Source: an uncultured bacterium (GTDB lineage: Bacteria; Patescibacteriota; Minisyncoccia; Phycocordibacterales; GWA1-40-21). From it: 64,000 nt of DNA. Position numbers and translations under genes: made by a program. Position 1 is the stretch's first letter, and every line of letters begins with the position of its first letter. Below are positions 1 through 9,775 of the stretch, in pieces. Where the stretch lies: positions 115,051-179,050 of the forward strand of contig CAWJAN010000001.1 of assembly GCA_963840885.1 (NCBI GenBank). Reading direction: 5' to 3'. The notes under the pieces are model-generated. The model saw only the letters and a program-made list of their open reading frames with translations, made no database searches and was not told where the DNA came from.

Positions 1-635
1 TGCGGAAGATATCCCGTGCCTAGAAGAGTTTCCCGCCTTACAAGCGACGGCACTATCATGAAAAAATAATCTTTCCTGTTTTCCCTGAAAAAATCCAGGA
101 CAAAATTCCAAAGCGCCATCTCAAGCTCCGCGCCTTCATTCTTGAGGAAATATCCGCGGAAGCCGGCGACTTTTGTGCCCATTTCAAAATCGGCAAGGTC
201 ATGGTGCTCCATAAGCTCTATATGATCTTTCGGCCTGAAAGAAAATTTTGGAATCTCGCCCCATTTTCTTACTTCCTTATTGTCTTCTTCGCTGTCGCCT
301 TCCGGCACGGAAATATCCGGCACATTCGGTACGGCAAGCATGAGTTCCTGCCATTTTTTCATGACATCTTTCAGCTCTTCTTCCTGCTTCTGAAGACCTT
401 CTTTTAGGGTTTTCATCTGTCGCAAGAGCTCGGCTTTCTGATTATCGTCCTTGAGCTGTGGCAATCTCGTTGAAACTTCGTTCTGCTCAGCGCGCTTTTT
501 TTCCACTTCCGTGAGAAGCTCTTTTCTTTTGTCATCAAACTTAATAAGGTCGTCAACGTTGAATTTGACTCTCTTTTTTCTTGCGGCTTCGGTGATAAGC
601 TCTTTGTTCTCCCGGATGAATTTGATATCGAGCAT
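1..635 (-). CDS. serS: Seryl-tRNA synthetase, 5' part (runs off the window start)
   Basis: Manual minus-strand translation from ATG at 635 gives MLDIKFIRENKELITEAARKKRVKFNVDDL..., the typical SerRS N-terminal coiled-coil start. It continues to VPNVPDISVPEG and KVAGFRGYFLKNEG. Absent from the ORF track because it is truncated. Confidence 0.93.
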   Translation of the reverse strand, partial: MLDIKFIRENKELITEAARKKRVKFNVDDLIKFDDKRKELLTEVEKKRAEQNEVSTRLPQLKDDNQKAELLRQMKTLKEGLQKQEEELKDVMKKWQELMLAVPNVPDISVPEGDSEEDNKEVRKWGEIPKFSFRPKDHIELMEHHDLADFEMGTKVAGFRGYFLKNEGAELEMALWNFVLDFFRENRKDYFFMIVPSLVRRETLLGTGYLP

Positions 636-682
636 GATTTTTTGCTTTTTCATTCTATCAAATGTTAGAATAAATTCAAAAT

Positions 683-1552
683 ATGAAAAGTTCTTCAATC
701 AAAATACTCGAAGGAAATGAAATTCCTGAAATGCTCCGGGAGATTCCAGATGCGCCGGAAAAGCTCTGGCTTGAAGGCTCTCTGCCCGGCCCGGAAACGA
801 AAATACTCTGTGTCGTCGGCTCAAGAAAATTCACTCCCTATGGCAAGGACGCCTGCGAAAAGCTTATCTCAGGTCTTCGCGGATACGACGTAGTTATCGT
901 CTCAGGCCTGGCTCTCGGCATTGATGCCATCGCCCACAAAGCCGCACTTGATGCAGGTTTGAAGACAATCGCTGTTCCCGGCTCAGGCCTAGACCGCTCT
1001 GTGCTTTATCCGAGTACAAACCGCCAGCTTGCCGAAAAGATTTTGGAATCCGGCGGAGCGCTCGTTTCAGAATTTGAACCGAAATTCCGCGCCACTCCTT
1101 ACAGCTTTCCGCAAAGAAATAGGATTATGGCCGGGCTCTCTCATGCCGTGCTTGTAATAGAAGCGGAAATAAAATCCGGCACGCTCATCACTTCGAAATT
1201 TGCCACGGAATACAATCGCGATGTGCTCACCGTTCCAGGCTCGATTTTCTCCAGGAATTCTGACGGGCCGAATATGCTCATCCGCCTCGGCGCTACGCCG
1301 ATGCGAACAAGTGAAGATATTCTTGAAGCTCTTGGATTCAAAATCGACGAAACTCCTCAAAATCTAGAGTTAAAATATTCTGATTGCTCACCAGAAGAAT
1401 TGCTTGTAATAAAAATACTTGCGGAGCCTATGCCAAAAGATGAACTTATTCGAACTATGAAAATGCCTACTTCAAAAGCAAGCACTGTGCTTTCAATAAT
1501 GGAGATTAAAGGATTGATAAAGGAAAGTATGGGAGAAGTTAGATTGGTTTAA
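683..1552 (+). CDS. dprA: DNA-processing protein DprA
   Basis: Motifs VVGSRK, VSGLALGIDAIAH, FPQRNRIMAGLS and SGTLIT; C-terminal winged helix; near topA. Confidence 0.97.
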   Translation: MKSSSIKILEGNEIPEMLREIPDAPEKLWLEGSLPGPETKILCVVGSRKFTPYGKDACEKLISGLRGYDVVIVSGLALGIDAIAHKAALDAGLKTIAVPGSGLDRSVLYPSTNRQLAEKILESGGALVSEFEPKFRATPYSFPQRNRIMAGLSHAVLVIEAEIKSGTLITSKFATEYNRDVLTVPGSIFSRNSDGPNMLIRLGATPMRTSEDILEALGFKIDETPQNLELKYSDCSPEELLVIKILAEPMPKDELIRTMKMPTSKASTVLSIMEIKGLIKESMGEVRLV

Positions 1553-2385
1553 TTACTGTATAAAATTTGTTGATATTGAGCTACTAAAAGATTATAGTCC
1601 ATTTGGTATTTTTGAGTGATCATATTTTTTCTTCCCTCAACTATACTTGAAAGCTCACCTTCTCCTGATACTTGCGCTATATCGTTTGCATATTTTAAAT
1701 TAAGATCTGCTATCTGTTTATTTATGGCATCTAATTTTCCCTGTTTTATATTTTGAGCTTGGGTATTTGCAAAATTTGCAGCATCTTGAGCTGTTTGTTC
1801 TTGCATTGCTTGTAGATTTGAATTAGTAATAATTACTGCACTATTGCAAATATTAGTTGCAACTTGTCCTGAAGAATTAATAACTTTTACATTGGCACTT
1901 TTTATACCATCAGTCGTATATGTCCACGATATTGATTTATTATTACCACTTAAACCATCATCGCCTGACCAAATATATTGATGTGCAGCATCACCATCTG
2001 ATGGTTGCGCTGTCCATGTAACTGGCTCTGTTCCAACAACAGAATTTTTATCAGGAGAACAGTTAACGGTAAACGGTTGTGCTACTGTTTGGGAAATTGA
2101 ATTTGAAATATTTTGAGTATTTTGTTGAGTATTATTTATATCTTCATTTATTGTTGGAGTGTTAATTCCACCTTCAGTTTTGGAATTTGTATTATTTACT
2201 TTAGTAGTTGACGTGGAAGCAACTACGGTTGAAGTTGCAATTTCACTATTTTCTGTTTTTACAGATGAGTGAAACCAAGAAAAAATATTCCAGGTGAAAG
2301 GATTCCACCATGCTGCAAATGCTAAGTTTGGAACAATTAGTGAGACAAATATTGAGGATATGACCAATTTATGTATCTTACTCAT
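1549..2385 (-). CDS. AT-rich secreted hypothetical protein with PKD/Ig-like domain and C-terminal coiled coil
   Basis: Signal peptide followed by AAWWNPFTW. Ser/Thr/Asn-rich linker, then a YIWSGDDGL...YTTDGIKSANVKV PKD-like segment. Confidence 0.7.
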   Translation of the reverse strand: MSKIHKLVISSIFVSLIVPNLAFAAWWNPFTWNIFSWFHSSVKTENSEIATSTVVASTSTTKVNNTNSKTEGGINTPTINEDINNTQQNTQNISNSISQTVAQPFTVNCSPDKNSVVGTEPVTWTAQPSDGDAAHQYIWSGDDGLSGNNKSISWTYTTDGIKSANVKVINSSGQVATNICNSAVIITNSNLQAMQEQTAQDAANFANTQAQNIKQGKLDAINKQIADLNLKYANDIAQVSGEGELSSIVEGRKNMITQKYQMDYNLLVAQYQQILYSN

Positions 2386-2447
2386 AATTCAAAAAGTATA
2401 CCAAAATTTGCATTAAATTTAAATGTGTTATATTACTTATCAAACTT

Positions 2448-4628
2448 ATGAAGCTGGTAATCGTTGAATCGCCGTCAAAAGCGAAAACAATAGAAAAATA
2501 TTTAGGAAGCGACTATACCGTTCGCGCCTCCATCGGCCATGTCCGCGATTTGCCTAAATCAAACAAAGACGCCATCGATGTAAAAGGTGGATTCATTCCC
2601 CGCTATGTCGTTTCTCCTGGAAAAGAAAAAGTCATTTCCGAAATAAAAAGTCTTTCAAAGAAAGCCTCTGAAGTGCTCCTCGCAACCGACCCTGACCGAG
2701 AAGGAGAAGCTATCGCCTGGCATATAAAGGAAGCTGTCGGCCTGAAAAACCCGAAAAGAGTCCGATTTTATGAAATCACTAAAGACGCGGTAAAAGAAGC
2801 GATTCAGCATCCTACAGATATAGACGAAAATCTCCGCAAAGCCCAGGAAGCAAGAAGAGTTCTCGACCGACTTGTCGGCTATGATCTTTCCGGCCTTATC
2901 TGGAAAAAAGTCCGCTACGGCCTTTCAGCCGGACGCGTGCAGTCCCCCGCACTCCGCATAATAATGGAGCGTGAAAGAGAAATACGCGCATTCGTGCCCG
3001 AGCAATATTGGGTCATTGAAGCGGATGTCTCGACGAAATCGAAAGAAAAAATCACAGTTGTATGCGATAAAGAACCGCGAGACCTGAAAGAAGTGGAAAA
3101 AATACTTGCCGCCGGAAACAAAGAAGCATGGTCGGTGAAAAGCGTCACAGAAACTGAAGCGAAGAGAAGTCCGAAAGCGCCCTTTACCACTTCCACGCTC
3201 CAGCAATCGGCTTCTACGAGGCTAGGGCTTTCCCCTTCAAACACAATGCGCATAGCGCAGAAGCTTTATGAAGCCGGTTACATTACATATATGAGGACGG
3301 ACAGCACAAACCTTGCCGAATCGGCGCTGAGTCAGATTGCCGCAGTGGTAAGCAAAAAATACGGCACAAATTACGCAAAGAAAACGATTTACGCGACAAA
3401 ATCAAAAAACGCCCAAGAAGCGCATGAGGCAATAAGGCCGACGGACGCGGCAAACGAAATCGCCGGCCTTGCCGATGACCAGAAAAAACTTTATCGCCTC
3501 ATATGGCAGCGAACAGTTGCCTCGCAGATGGCCGATGCAAAAATCTTAAGGACGAAAGTCTCGGCTGGTGTAGAAAATAAAGACGTTCCAAGCTTTTCCG
3601 CAAACGGCTCGAGAACTCTCTTTGACGGCTGGCTCCGCGCCGACCCTGATGCACGTGGCGAAGACGTGGAATTGCCGAAAGTGTCAGAAGGCAATGCGCT
3701 CAAGCTTTTGGATATAAGAAGCGGAGAAAAATTCACCGAAGCGCCGAACAGATACACCGAGGCCGGACTCATCAAAGAGCTCGAGAAAAGAGGTATCGGC
3801 AGGCCTTCCACTTACGCTTCTATCATGAGAACGCTTGAAGAGCGTGGCTACGTGGAAAAACAGAACAGGACTCTAATGCCGACAGACACAGGAGACGTGG
3901 TCAGCACATTCCTCGAGAATAATTTCGCAAACTACATAAGCGATACTTTTACTGCGGAAATGGAAGATGAGCTCGATGATATCGCTACCGGAAAAAGAGA
4001 TTATACGAAAACTCTTAAAGACTTTTACGGGCCATTTGCAAAAGAGGTCAAAGAAAAAGAAAAGCTGGACAAGGCGACCACTCTTGGTGAAGCCGATGCG
4101 AAATTCAAATGCCCTATTTGCGGCTCGCCGATGATCATCAAGCTTGGAAGAAACGGAAAGTTTCTGTCATGTTCGAGATATCCGGACTGCACCGGAGCGC
4201 TTATGATAAACGGCGAAGAATTGCCTAAAGATAAAATCATAGGAAAAGATCCGGAAACAGGACTCGATATAACACTGAAGACCGGAAAATACGGGCCTTA
4301 TGTCCAGCTCGGCGAAGATACAGGAAAGGGCAAAAAGAAAGTGAAATCCAGGAAAGCCAGCATTCCGAAAGAAGTCAATCCCGACGATGTCACACTTCCG
4401 ATGGCGCTCAAATACCTGAGCCTGCCGAGACTTCTTGGAACTCATCCGGAAACCGGAAAAAATATTACGGCAAGCATCGGACGCTTCGGGCCGTATATAG
4501 TGCACGACGGAGATTTCAGATCGCTGAAAACCGACGACGTTTATGCAATAGAGCTGGAACGTGCGCTCGGAATACTCAAGGAAGAAAAGAAAGTTGGCAG
4601 AGGAAGGTTTGCAAAAAAGAAAAAATAA
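2448..4628 (+). CDS. topA: DNA topoisomerase I
   Basis: Motifs LVIVESPSKAK, ATDPDREGE, SAGRVQS and ITYMRTDS (catalytic Tyr); one C4 zinc ribbon plus C-terminal repeats (GKYGPYVQ, GRFGPYI). Confidence 0.98.
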   Translation: MKLVIVESPSKAKTIEKYLGSDYTVRASIGHVRDLPKSNKDAIDVKGGFIPRYVVSPGKEKVISEIKSLSKKASEVLLATDPDREGEAIAWHIKEAVGLKNPKRVRFYEITKDAVKEAIQHPTDIDENLRKAQEARRVLDRLVGYDLSGLIWKKVRYGLSAGRVQSPALRIIMEREREIRAFVPEQYWVIEADVSTKSKEKITVVCDKEPRDLKEVEKILAAGNKEAWSVKSVTETEAKRSPKAPFTTSTLQQSASTRLGLSPSNTMRIAQKLYEAGYITYMRTDSTNLAESALSQIAAVVSKKYGTNYAKKTIYATKSKNAQEAHEAIRPTDAANEIAGLADDQKKLYRLIWQRTVASQMADAKILRTKVSAGVENKDVPSFSANGSRTLFDGWLRADPDARGEDVELPKVSEGNALKLLDIRSGEKFTEAPNRYTEAGLIKELEKRGIGRPSTYASIMRTLEERGYVEKQNRTLMPTDTGDVVSTFLENNFANYISDTFTAEMEDELDDIATGKRDYTKTLKDFYGPFAKEVKEKEKLDKATTLGEADAKFKCPICGSPMIIKLGRNGKFLSCSRYPDCTGALMINGEELPKDKIIGKDPETGLDITLKTGKYGPYVQLGEDTGKGKKKVKSRKASIPKEVNPDDVTLPMALKYLSLPRLLGTHPETGKNITASIGRFGPYIVHDGDFRSLKTDDVYAIELERALGILKEEKKVGRGRFAKKKK

Positions 4629-4631
4629 GAG

Positions 4632-4667
4632 AATGAGGCCGAGGGCAACGCCCTCGGCCTCATTTTT
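4632..4667 (+). terminator. Intrinsic terminator after topA
   Basis: AATGAGGCCGAGGGC-AAC-GCCCTCGGCCTCATT followed by a T-run. Confidence 0.85.
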
Positions 4668-4709
4668 CGAAGTTGATTTTAATGTTTTTAAAATATACTA
4701 TTACTACCC

Positions 4710-6239
4710 ATGAATATCGAGGAAATTTTCAAGCTTCTCGGCTCGCCTAAGGAAGAAGAGAAAAAGCTGATTAAAAAAGCGCATGATTTTGCCTTAAAAG
4801 CCCATCAAGGACAAAAAAGATTGTCCGGGGAGCCGTATTTTAATCATGTTTTTGAAGTGGTTAAAATCCTGGCCGAATTGCAGATGTCTCCCACCACTAT
4901 AGTAGCCGGCTTTCTTCATGACACGATAGAAGACAAAGTTGCCACGGAAGACGAGATAAGAAAAGAATTCGGAGATGAAGTGCTGTTTCTTGTAAAGGGA
5001 GTAACCAAGCTCGACAATGTCAAATACAAAGGATCCGACAGGCATATTGAATCTTTGCGAAAATTCTTCGTAGCCACGGCGCAGGATATACGCGTACTCA
5101 TCATAAAATTCGCCGACCGCCTCCACAATATGCGCACGCTACAATATCTGCCTGAAGAAAAGCAAAAAAGGATAGCGCTTGAAACTCTTGAGATATACGC
5201 TCCCCTTGCCGACAGGCTTTCTATCAGGCTTGTGGCAAGAGAGCTGGAAGATTTGGCATTCAAATTCGCCTATCCTAAAGAATATGAAGAAACGGTGAAG
5301 CTCCTGAAAAGCAAGGAGAAGGAATCTTTTCCGTATCTGGAAAAATTCACAAGAGAAGTAAAGAAGGCTCTGGCGAAAGAAAATATGATAAATTTCAGGA
5401 CTGACTTCAGGGAAAAAGGCATCTATAGCCTTTACAAAAAGCTCAAGGCAAAGAAAAATGATATAGAAAAAATATATGACATACTGGCCGTCAGGATTTA
5501 TGTCGACACGGTCGCAGACTGCTATAAGGTGCTCGGGATAATACACGGCATATGGAGGCCTCTTCCAGGCAGGATTAAAGATTATATAGCCTATCCAAAA
5601 CCGAACGGCTATCAAAGCCTTCACACCACTATACTGACAAGCGACGGAGCCATAATCGAAGTGCAGATAAGGACGAATGAGATGCATTACAATGCCGAAT
5701 ACGGTATCGCTTCGCATATATCGTATAAAAAATATGTCGGATCAAAACTGAAAAAAGAAGATGCTGAAACTAAATGGTTCAAGCAATTTCTTCCAAAGAT
5801 AATAAATTATTCCGGCAAGGAGAGCGAAATCGTGAACAGCGAAGCCGTGCCTGGATGGATGAAGGAGCTCGCCGATATGCAGGCGAATATAAAAACTGCG
5901 GAAGAAAAAGAAGAGATGATGGACAATCTAAAAGCTGATTTTTTCAATGAAAGGATTTTTGTAATGACTCCCAAGGGTGATGTCATAGACCTGCCGAAAG
6001 ATTCCAAGGTATTGGACTTTGCTTATGCAATACATTCGAAGATCGGCGACCACACGAACGGTGCGCGAATAAACGGCAAGATGGTATCGCTCGATACCGT
6101 GCTCGATAACGGCGACATAGTTGAGATAATAACCAGGGAATCTTCAAAGCCTAGCGCCAAGTGGCTCGATATAGTGAAAACCAGCATGGCAAAAAGGCAT
6201 ATAAACAACTCTCTGGAAAAACTGAAAAACAAGAAATAA
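4710..6239 (+). CDS. relA: RelA/SpoT family (p)ppGpp synthetase/hydrolase (HD + synthetase + TGS)
   Basis: Motifs RLSGEPYFNH, LHDTIED, DRLHNMRTL, KPNGYQSLHT and EVQIRT; TGS domain DFAYAIHSKIG. Confidence 0.93.
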   Translation: MNIEEIFKLLGSPKEEEKKLIKKAHDFALKAHQGQKRLSGEPYFNHVFEVVKILAELQMSPTTIVAGFLHDTIEDKVATEDEIRKEFGDEVLFLVKGVTKLDNVKYKGSDRHIESLRKFFVATAQDIRVLIIKFADRLHNMRTLQYLPEEKQKRIALETLEIYAPLADRLSIRLVARELEDLAFKFAYPKEYEETVKLLKSKEKESFPYLEKFTREVKKALAKENMINFRTDFREKGIYSLYKKLKAKKNDIEKIYDILAVRIYVDTVADCYKVLGIIHGIWRPLPGRIKDYIAYPKPNGYQSLHTTILTSDGAIIEVQIRTNEMHYNAEYGIASHISYKKYVGSKLKKEDAETKWFKQFLPKIINYSGKESEIVNSEAVPGWMKELADMQANIKTAEEKEEMMDNLKADFFNERIFVMTPKGDVIDLPKDSKVLDFAYAIHSKIGDHTNGARINGKMVSLDTVLDNGDIVEIITRESSKPSAKWLDIVKTSMAKRHINNSLEKLKNKK

Positions 6240-6270
6240 AAAGCGGCGCCCTTCGGGCGCCGCTTTTTAT
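6238..6270. terminator. Bidirectional terminator between relA and parB
   Basis: AAAAAGCGGCGCCC-TTC-GGGCGCCGCTTTTT between convergent genes. Confidence 0.88.
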
Positions 6271-6277
6271 TTCTTGT

Positions 6278-7273
6278 TTACAGAGAAAAATTTTTCACCG
6301 AGTATATATCTTCCCCTTCTTCATTTTTTGCGCTTGAATCATCATCCATTTCAATCGCCTCTTCTTCACTTAGCTTAGGCGCTGATTCTACGCTTCCAAC
6401 TTCTGAAATATGCTTATCAAGAAGCTCATCGATTTTTTTCTTGTCTTTGCTGTTTATAAGGTCGAGTATGGCTTTAACATCTGCATTTGAAAAGAAATCT
6501 ATCTTTATCGTTCCGCCATTCTGCCCTTTTTCTATATGCACTCTTGTGCCGAGCGATTCCGCAAATTTCTTTTCTAAATCCATTATTTCCGGATCGATTA
6601 TATTTTCCTTCTTTCTTGATTTTTCAACGGCAATCTTTCTTGCTATGAGCTCCGCGTCCCTGACGGTAATTTTTTTATATACTATCTCCTTGAAAAGAGT
6701 TTCCTGCTCGTCCGGCCTGTCTATAAGCATCAGAAGCGGCCTTGTATGGCCTTCGAGTATTTTTCCTTCAGAAATCGCGGTTAGCATATGTTCTGGGAGC
6801 GAAAGAATCCTCAAGCTATTGGAAACATATTCGCGCGATCTTCCTATCTTTTGGGCAATCTGCGTATGTTTGAGGTTGAAATCTTCGGCAAGCTTTTGGA
6901 ATGCTTTCGCCCTGTCAACGCAGTTGAGGTCTTCTCTCTGTAGGTTTTCTATGATTGCAAGCTCAAGCTTCATCAAGTCTGATTCTTCATTTGAACGGAT
7001 AACAACAGGTATCTGCGCAAGCCCGGCTATTTTGGAAGCGCGCAGTCTCCTTTCTCCGGATATAAGCTCGTATTCCACGCCGAGTCCGCCGTCAGTTTTC
7101 TGAAATTCTTTTCTTGTGACGACAATCGGCTGAAGAACGCCGTATTGGCGTATCGATTCCGAAAGATCCTTGAGCTTTGATTCGTCAAATTCTTTTCTTG
7201 GCTGAAACGGATTCGGTCTGACCTTATCGAGCTCGACCCAAAAGATCGAGTCGTTGTAAAATTGTCCTGACAT
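6278..7273 (-). CDS. parB: ParB/Spo0J chromosome partitioning protein
   Basis: Motifs PNPFQPRKEF, GVLQPIVV, ISGERRLRA and IENLQREDLN; HTH. Start placed at ATG 7273. Confidence 0.95.
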   Translation of the reverse strand: MSGQFYNDSIFWVELDKVRPNPFQPRKEFDESKLKDLSESIRQYGVLQPIVVTRKEFQKTDGGLGVEYELISGERRLRASKIAGLAQIPVVIRSNEESDLMKLELAIIENLQREDLNCVDRAKAFQKLAEDFNLKHTQIAQKIGRSREYVSNSLRILSLPEHMLTAISEGKILEGHTRPLLMLIDRPDEQETLFKEIVYKKITVRDAELIARKIAVEKSRKKENIIDPEIMDLEKKFAESLGTRVHIEKGQNGGTIKIDFFSNADVKAILDLINSKDKKKIDELLDKHISEVGSVESAPKLSEEEAIEMDDDSSAKNEEGEDIYSVKNFSL

Positions 7274-7347
7274 ATCGCAGTATTTTATCACAGCCGATTG
7301 CCAAATAGAAATTGATTTTTGTTCATAAATTAAGTATTATGCATTCG

Positions 7348-7446
7348 ATGCCGGGATGGATGAAAAGTGAACTGCTTCACTTTTCATCCGAGCGTAGCGA
7401 GGTGGCCGCCATCCCGGCATAGGTTCCGCCATACTTGGCGGAATCA
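7348..7446. repeat. Nested palindromic element carrying a copy and an antisense copy of the tRNA-Leu 5' end
   Basis: ATGCCGGGATGG...CCATCCCGGCAT arms enclose GGATGAAAAGTGAA-CTGC-TTCACTTTTCATCC. A second hairpin TTCCGCCA-TACT-TGGCGGAA follows. Confidence 0.85.
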
Positions 7447-7472
7447 AAAATTCGCAGTATATTTTTGAATAT

Positions 7473-7554
7473 GCCGGGATGGCGGAATTGGTAGACGCAC
7501 ACGACTCAAAATCGTGCGGAGCAATCCATGGGAGTTCGATTCTCCCTCCCGGCA
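7473..7554 (+). tRNA. tRNA-Leu(CAA)
   Basis: Cloverleaf GCCGGGATGGCGGAATTGGTAGACGC; anticodon arm CACGA-CTCAAAA-TCGTG; long variable arm; GTTCGATT T-loop; no encoded CCA. Confidence 0.96.
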
Positions 7555-7671
7555 CAACAAACACAAAGCACTTCTATGTGCTTTTTTGTTTTGCAAATTT
7601 AAATTATTTGACAACGTAAAGTAAAAGATGTAAATTATTAAAGGAAAAACAATAACTCCGGAGGTGTTCTC

Positions 7672-8226
7672 TTGAAAAGCGAAAAAATCGTTTATCTTCT
7701 TGTTGGACAAAGAGGATCGGGCAAAAGCGGTTACATAGAAAAAATCTTGAAGAACCAAAACGGCTTTTATATTATAAGCCGGGATGAGATTCTCATTCGT
7801 CTTTTCGGTTCCACGGATTTGAATCCTTATACGGGCGGGCATTGCTATGCATTTAAAATCATGCGTCGCCTTATTAGTATGAAACTGTCATCTTCCGGCA
7901 ATATTAAATTGATTCTTGATTGCTGGACGGGCAACAGTTCTGAGAGAAAAGCGCTTATTAAAGGATTGCAATCCTGCGGCGCAACCAAGATCATTGCATT
8001 ATATTTTATGACTCCGCTTGAAACAGTAAAGGAATGGTTTTGGAAAAAACCGGGGATTAAAAAGATAGGTCAGAAGGCCGACGATGAAGAGCATACCGTC
8101 TTTTTTTCTGAGGATGCTCCTGAGCGAGATTATGAAATATTCCATAATCTTGCCAAAGATATCAACTCGGACGGTTTTGATAAAGTTGTGAGGATTGATC
8201 CCACACAACCAGTTGTTGTTCTTTAA
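7672..8226 (+). CDS. P-loop nucleotide kinase-like protein (AAA_33 type)
   Basis: Walker A GQRGSGKS, then ISRDEI and ILD; GGAGGTG ribosome-binding site upstream. Confidence 0.7.
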   Translation: MKSEKIVYLLVGQRGSGKSGYIEKILKNQNGFYIISRDEILIRLFGSTDLNPYTGGHCYAFKIMRRLISMKLSSSGNIKLILDCWTGNSSERKALIKGLQSCGATKIIALYFMTPLETVKEWFWKKPGIKKIGQKADDEEHTVFFSEDAPERDYEIFHNLAKDINSDGFDKVVRIDPTQPVVVL

Positions 8227-8292
8227 CCTGTTGTTAAGGAACCGTCTGTTATTCAGACGGTTCTTTTTTATTTTTATGATACTATCTTTCTC

Positions 8293-9177
8293 ATGAAGCC
8301 AAAGATCTTAGTCATCCTCGGTCCGACCGCCACCGGCAAAAGCGGACTTGCCGTAAAAATCGCAAAAAAATTCAATGGCGAAATAATAAGCGCCGATTCT
8401 CGCCAGGTCTATAAGGGTATGAATCTTGGTAGCGGAAAAATTACCAAAAAAGAGATGCTTGGTATTCCCCATCACCTTATTGATGTCGTTTTGCCGAATA
8501 CTCGGTTTTCAGTTGCCGAGTATAAGAAACTTGCCGAAAAATCCATTGAAAAAATAATCGCAAAGGGAAAACTTCCTATAATCTGCGGCGGAACGGGATT
8601 CTACATAGACAGCATCATAAAAAATATTGAGCTTCCGGAAGTGCCGCCGAATCAAAAATTAAGAAAGATTTTGAATAAAAAATCAGCCGAAAGCCTCTTT
8701 AAGATGCTCGGAAAGCTTTCTCCTTCTCGCGCAAAAAATATTGATAGATATAACAAAGTCCGCCTTATACGAGCCATCGAAATAGCCAAAGCGCTCGGCA
8801 ATGTTCCGGAAATAAAGGAATTGCCAGGCAAATATGATTTTATTTTTATCGGACTCGATTTGCCTGATAAAGATTTGAAGAACAAGATAAGCATTCGGCT
8901 GTTGGCGCGAATAAAGACAGGAATGATTAATGAAGTTAAGAGACTTCATAAAGAAGGTGTTTCCTGGAAGCGGCTTGAATCTTTCGGCCTTGAATACCGC
9001 CAAATCTCTATGTATCTGCAAGGAAAAATTTCAAAGAATAAGATGATAGAAAACCTCAAAAACGATATCTGGCATTTCGCCAAACGGCAAAGGACCTGGT
9101 TCAAAAGAAACGAAGATATTAAGTGGTTCGGGCTGGAAGAATATAAAAAAATTATAAGGTATCTTTCTTCAAAATAG
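8293..9177 (+). CDS. miaA: tRNA dimethylallyltransferase
   Basis: Motifs GPTATGKS, SADSRQVY, GGTGFY and AKRQRTWF. Confidence 0.97.
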   Translation: MKPKILVILGPTATGKSGLAVKIAKKFNGEIISADSRQVYKGMNLGSGKITKKEMLGIPHHLIDVVLPNTRFSVAEYKKLAEKSIEKIIAKGKLPIICGGTGFYIDSIIKNIELPEVPPNQKLRKILNKKSAESLFKMLGKLSPSRAKNIDRYNKVRLIRAIEIAKALGNVPEIKELPGKYDFIFIGLDLPDKDLKNKISIRLLARIKTGMINEVKRLHKEGVSWKRLESFGLEYRQISMYLQGKISKNKMIENLKNDIWHFAKRQRTWFKRNEDIKWFGLEEYKKIIRYLSSK

Positions 9178-9757
9178 TCTGTTTTTTCCTTAAATGTTCA
9201 GGCAAAATAATTGCAAGAATAAGGAGCGTATTTATAATGTTCAGATAAATAAGAAATCCCGCCTCTGAAAAGCTGTATGTCTGTATGGCAAAAAAACCGG
9301 TCAAAGAATTGAACAGGCTTGCTGCATAAATATTCACTGATTCGGTTTCCGGATATTTCCATGACTTGATAAGGGTCGGTATAGCGGCCGTAAAATCGCC
9401 GGCTATGGCGAAGAGGACGGCCAGACCGGGATTCTTAGTAATTATCCACAACAGAAGAGCGACAACGGAAAATGAGCCGCACAGATAATCGAACCATTTC
9501 AGCTCCCAATGGGACTTCGGATTCATGAATGAGAATGCCAGAACTGGAAAAGAGACTAGTCCGGTTATGAAAACCGGCAATACGATAAGGCCTGCGCCTT
9601 TGGATAATGCGGCTGCGGTGGCAATCATCGGAGAAATCGTCCACATAAGCCAGCTTATCTTATTCGGCCTGTTTTTCTCCAATATGATTCCATGAATATA
9701 CGGAAACATTCCGATTATATTCACGAGTGCCCCTATCAATACAAGATATTCCAACAT
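9152..9757 (-). CDS. Multi-pass membrane hypothetical protein
   Basis: About 7 hydrophobic helices; repeated RPNKISW and PTLIKSWKYPETES PQ-loop-like motifs. Confidence 0.65.
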   Translation of the reverse strand: MLEYLVLIGALVNIIGMFPYIHGIILEKNRPNKISWLMWTISPMIATAAALSKGAGLIVLPVFITGLVSFPVLAFSFMNPKSHWELKWFDYLCGSFSVVALLLWIITKNPGLAVLFAIAGDFTAAIPTLIKSWKYPETESVNIYAASLFNSLTGFFAIQTYSFSEAGFLIYLNIINTLLILAIILPEHLRKKQTILKKDTL

Positions 9758-9775
9758 GCGGTTTGCATTTAAAGA

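Noticed and set aside
4710-6239. RelA/SpoT lacking domains after TGS as a pseudogene
   Set aside because: The ORF is clean, has intact catalytic motifs and its own terminator, so it is more simply a naturally shortened form.
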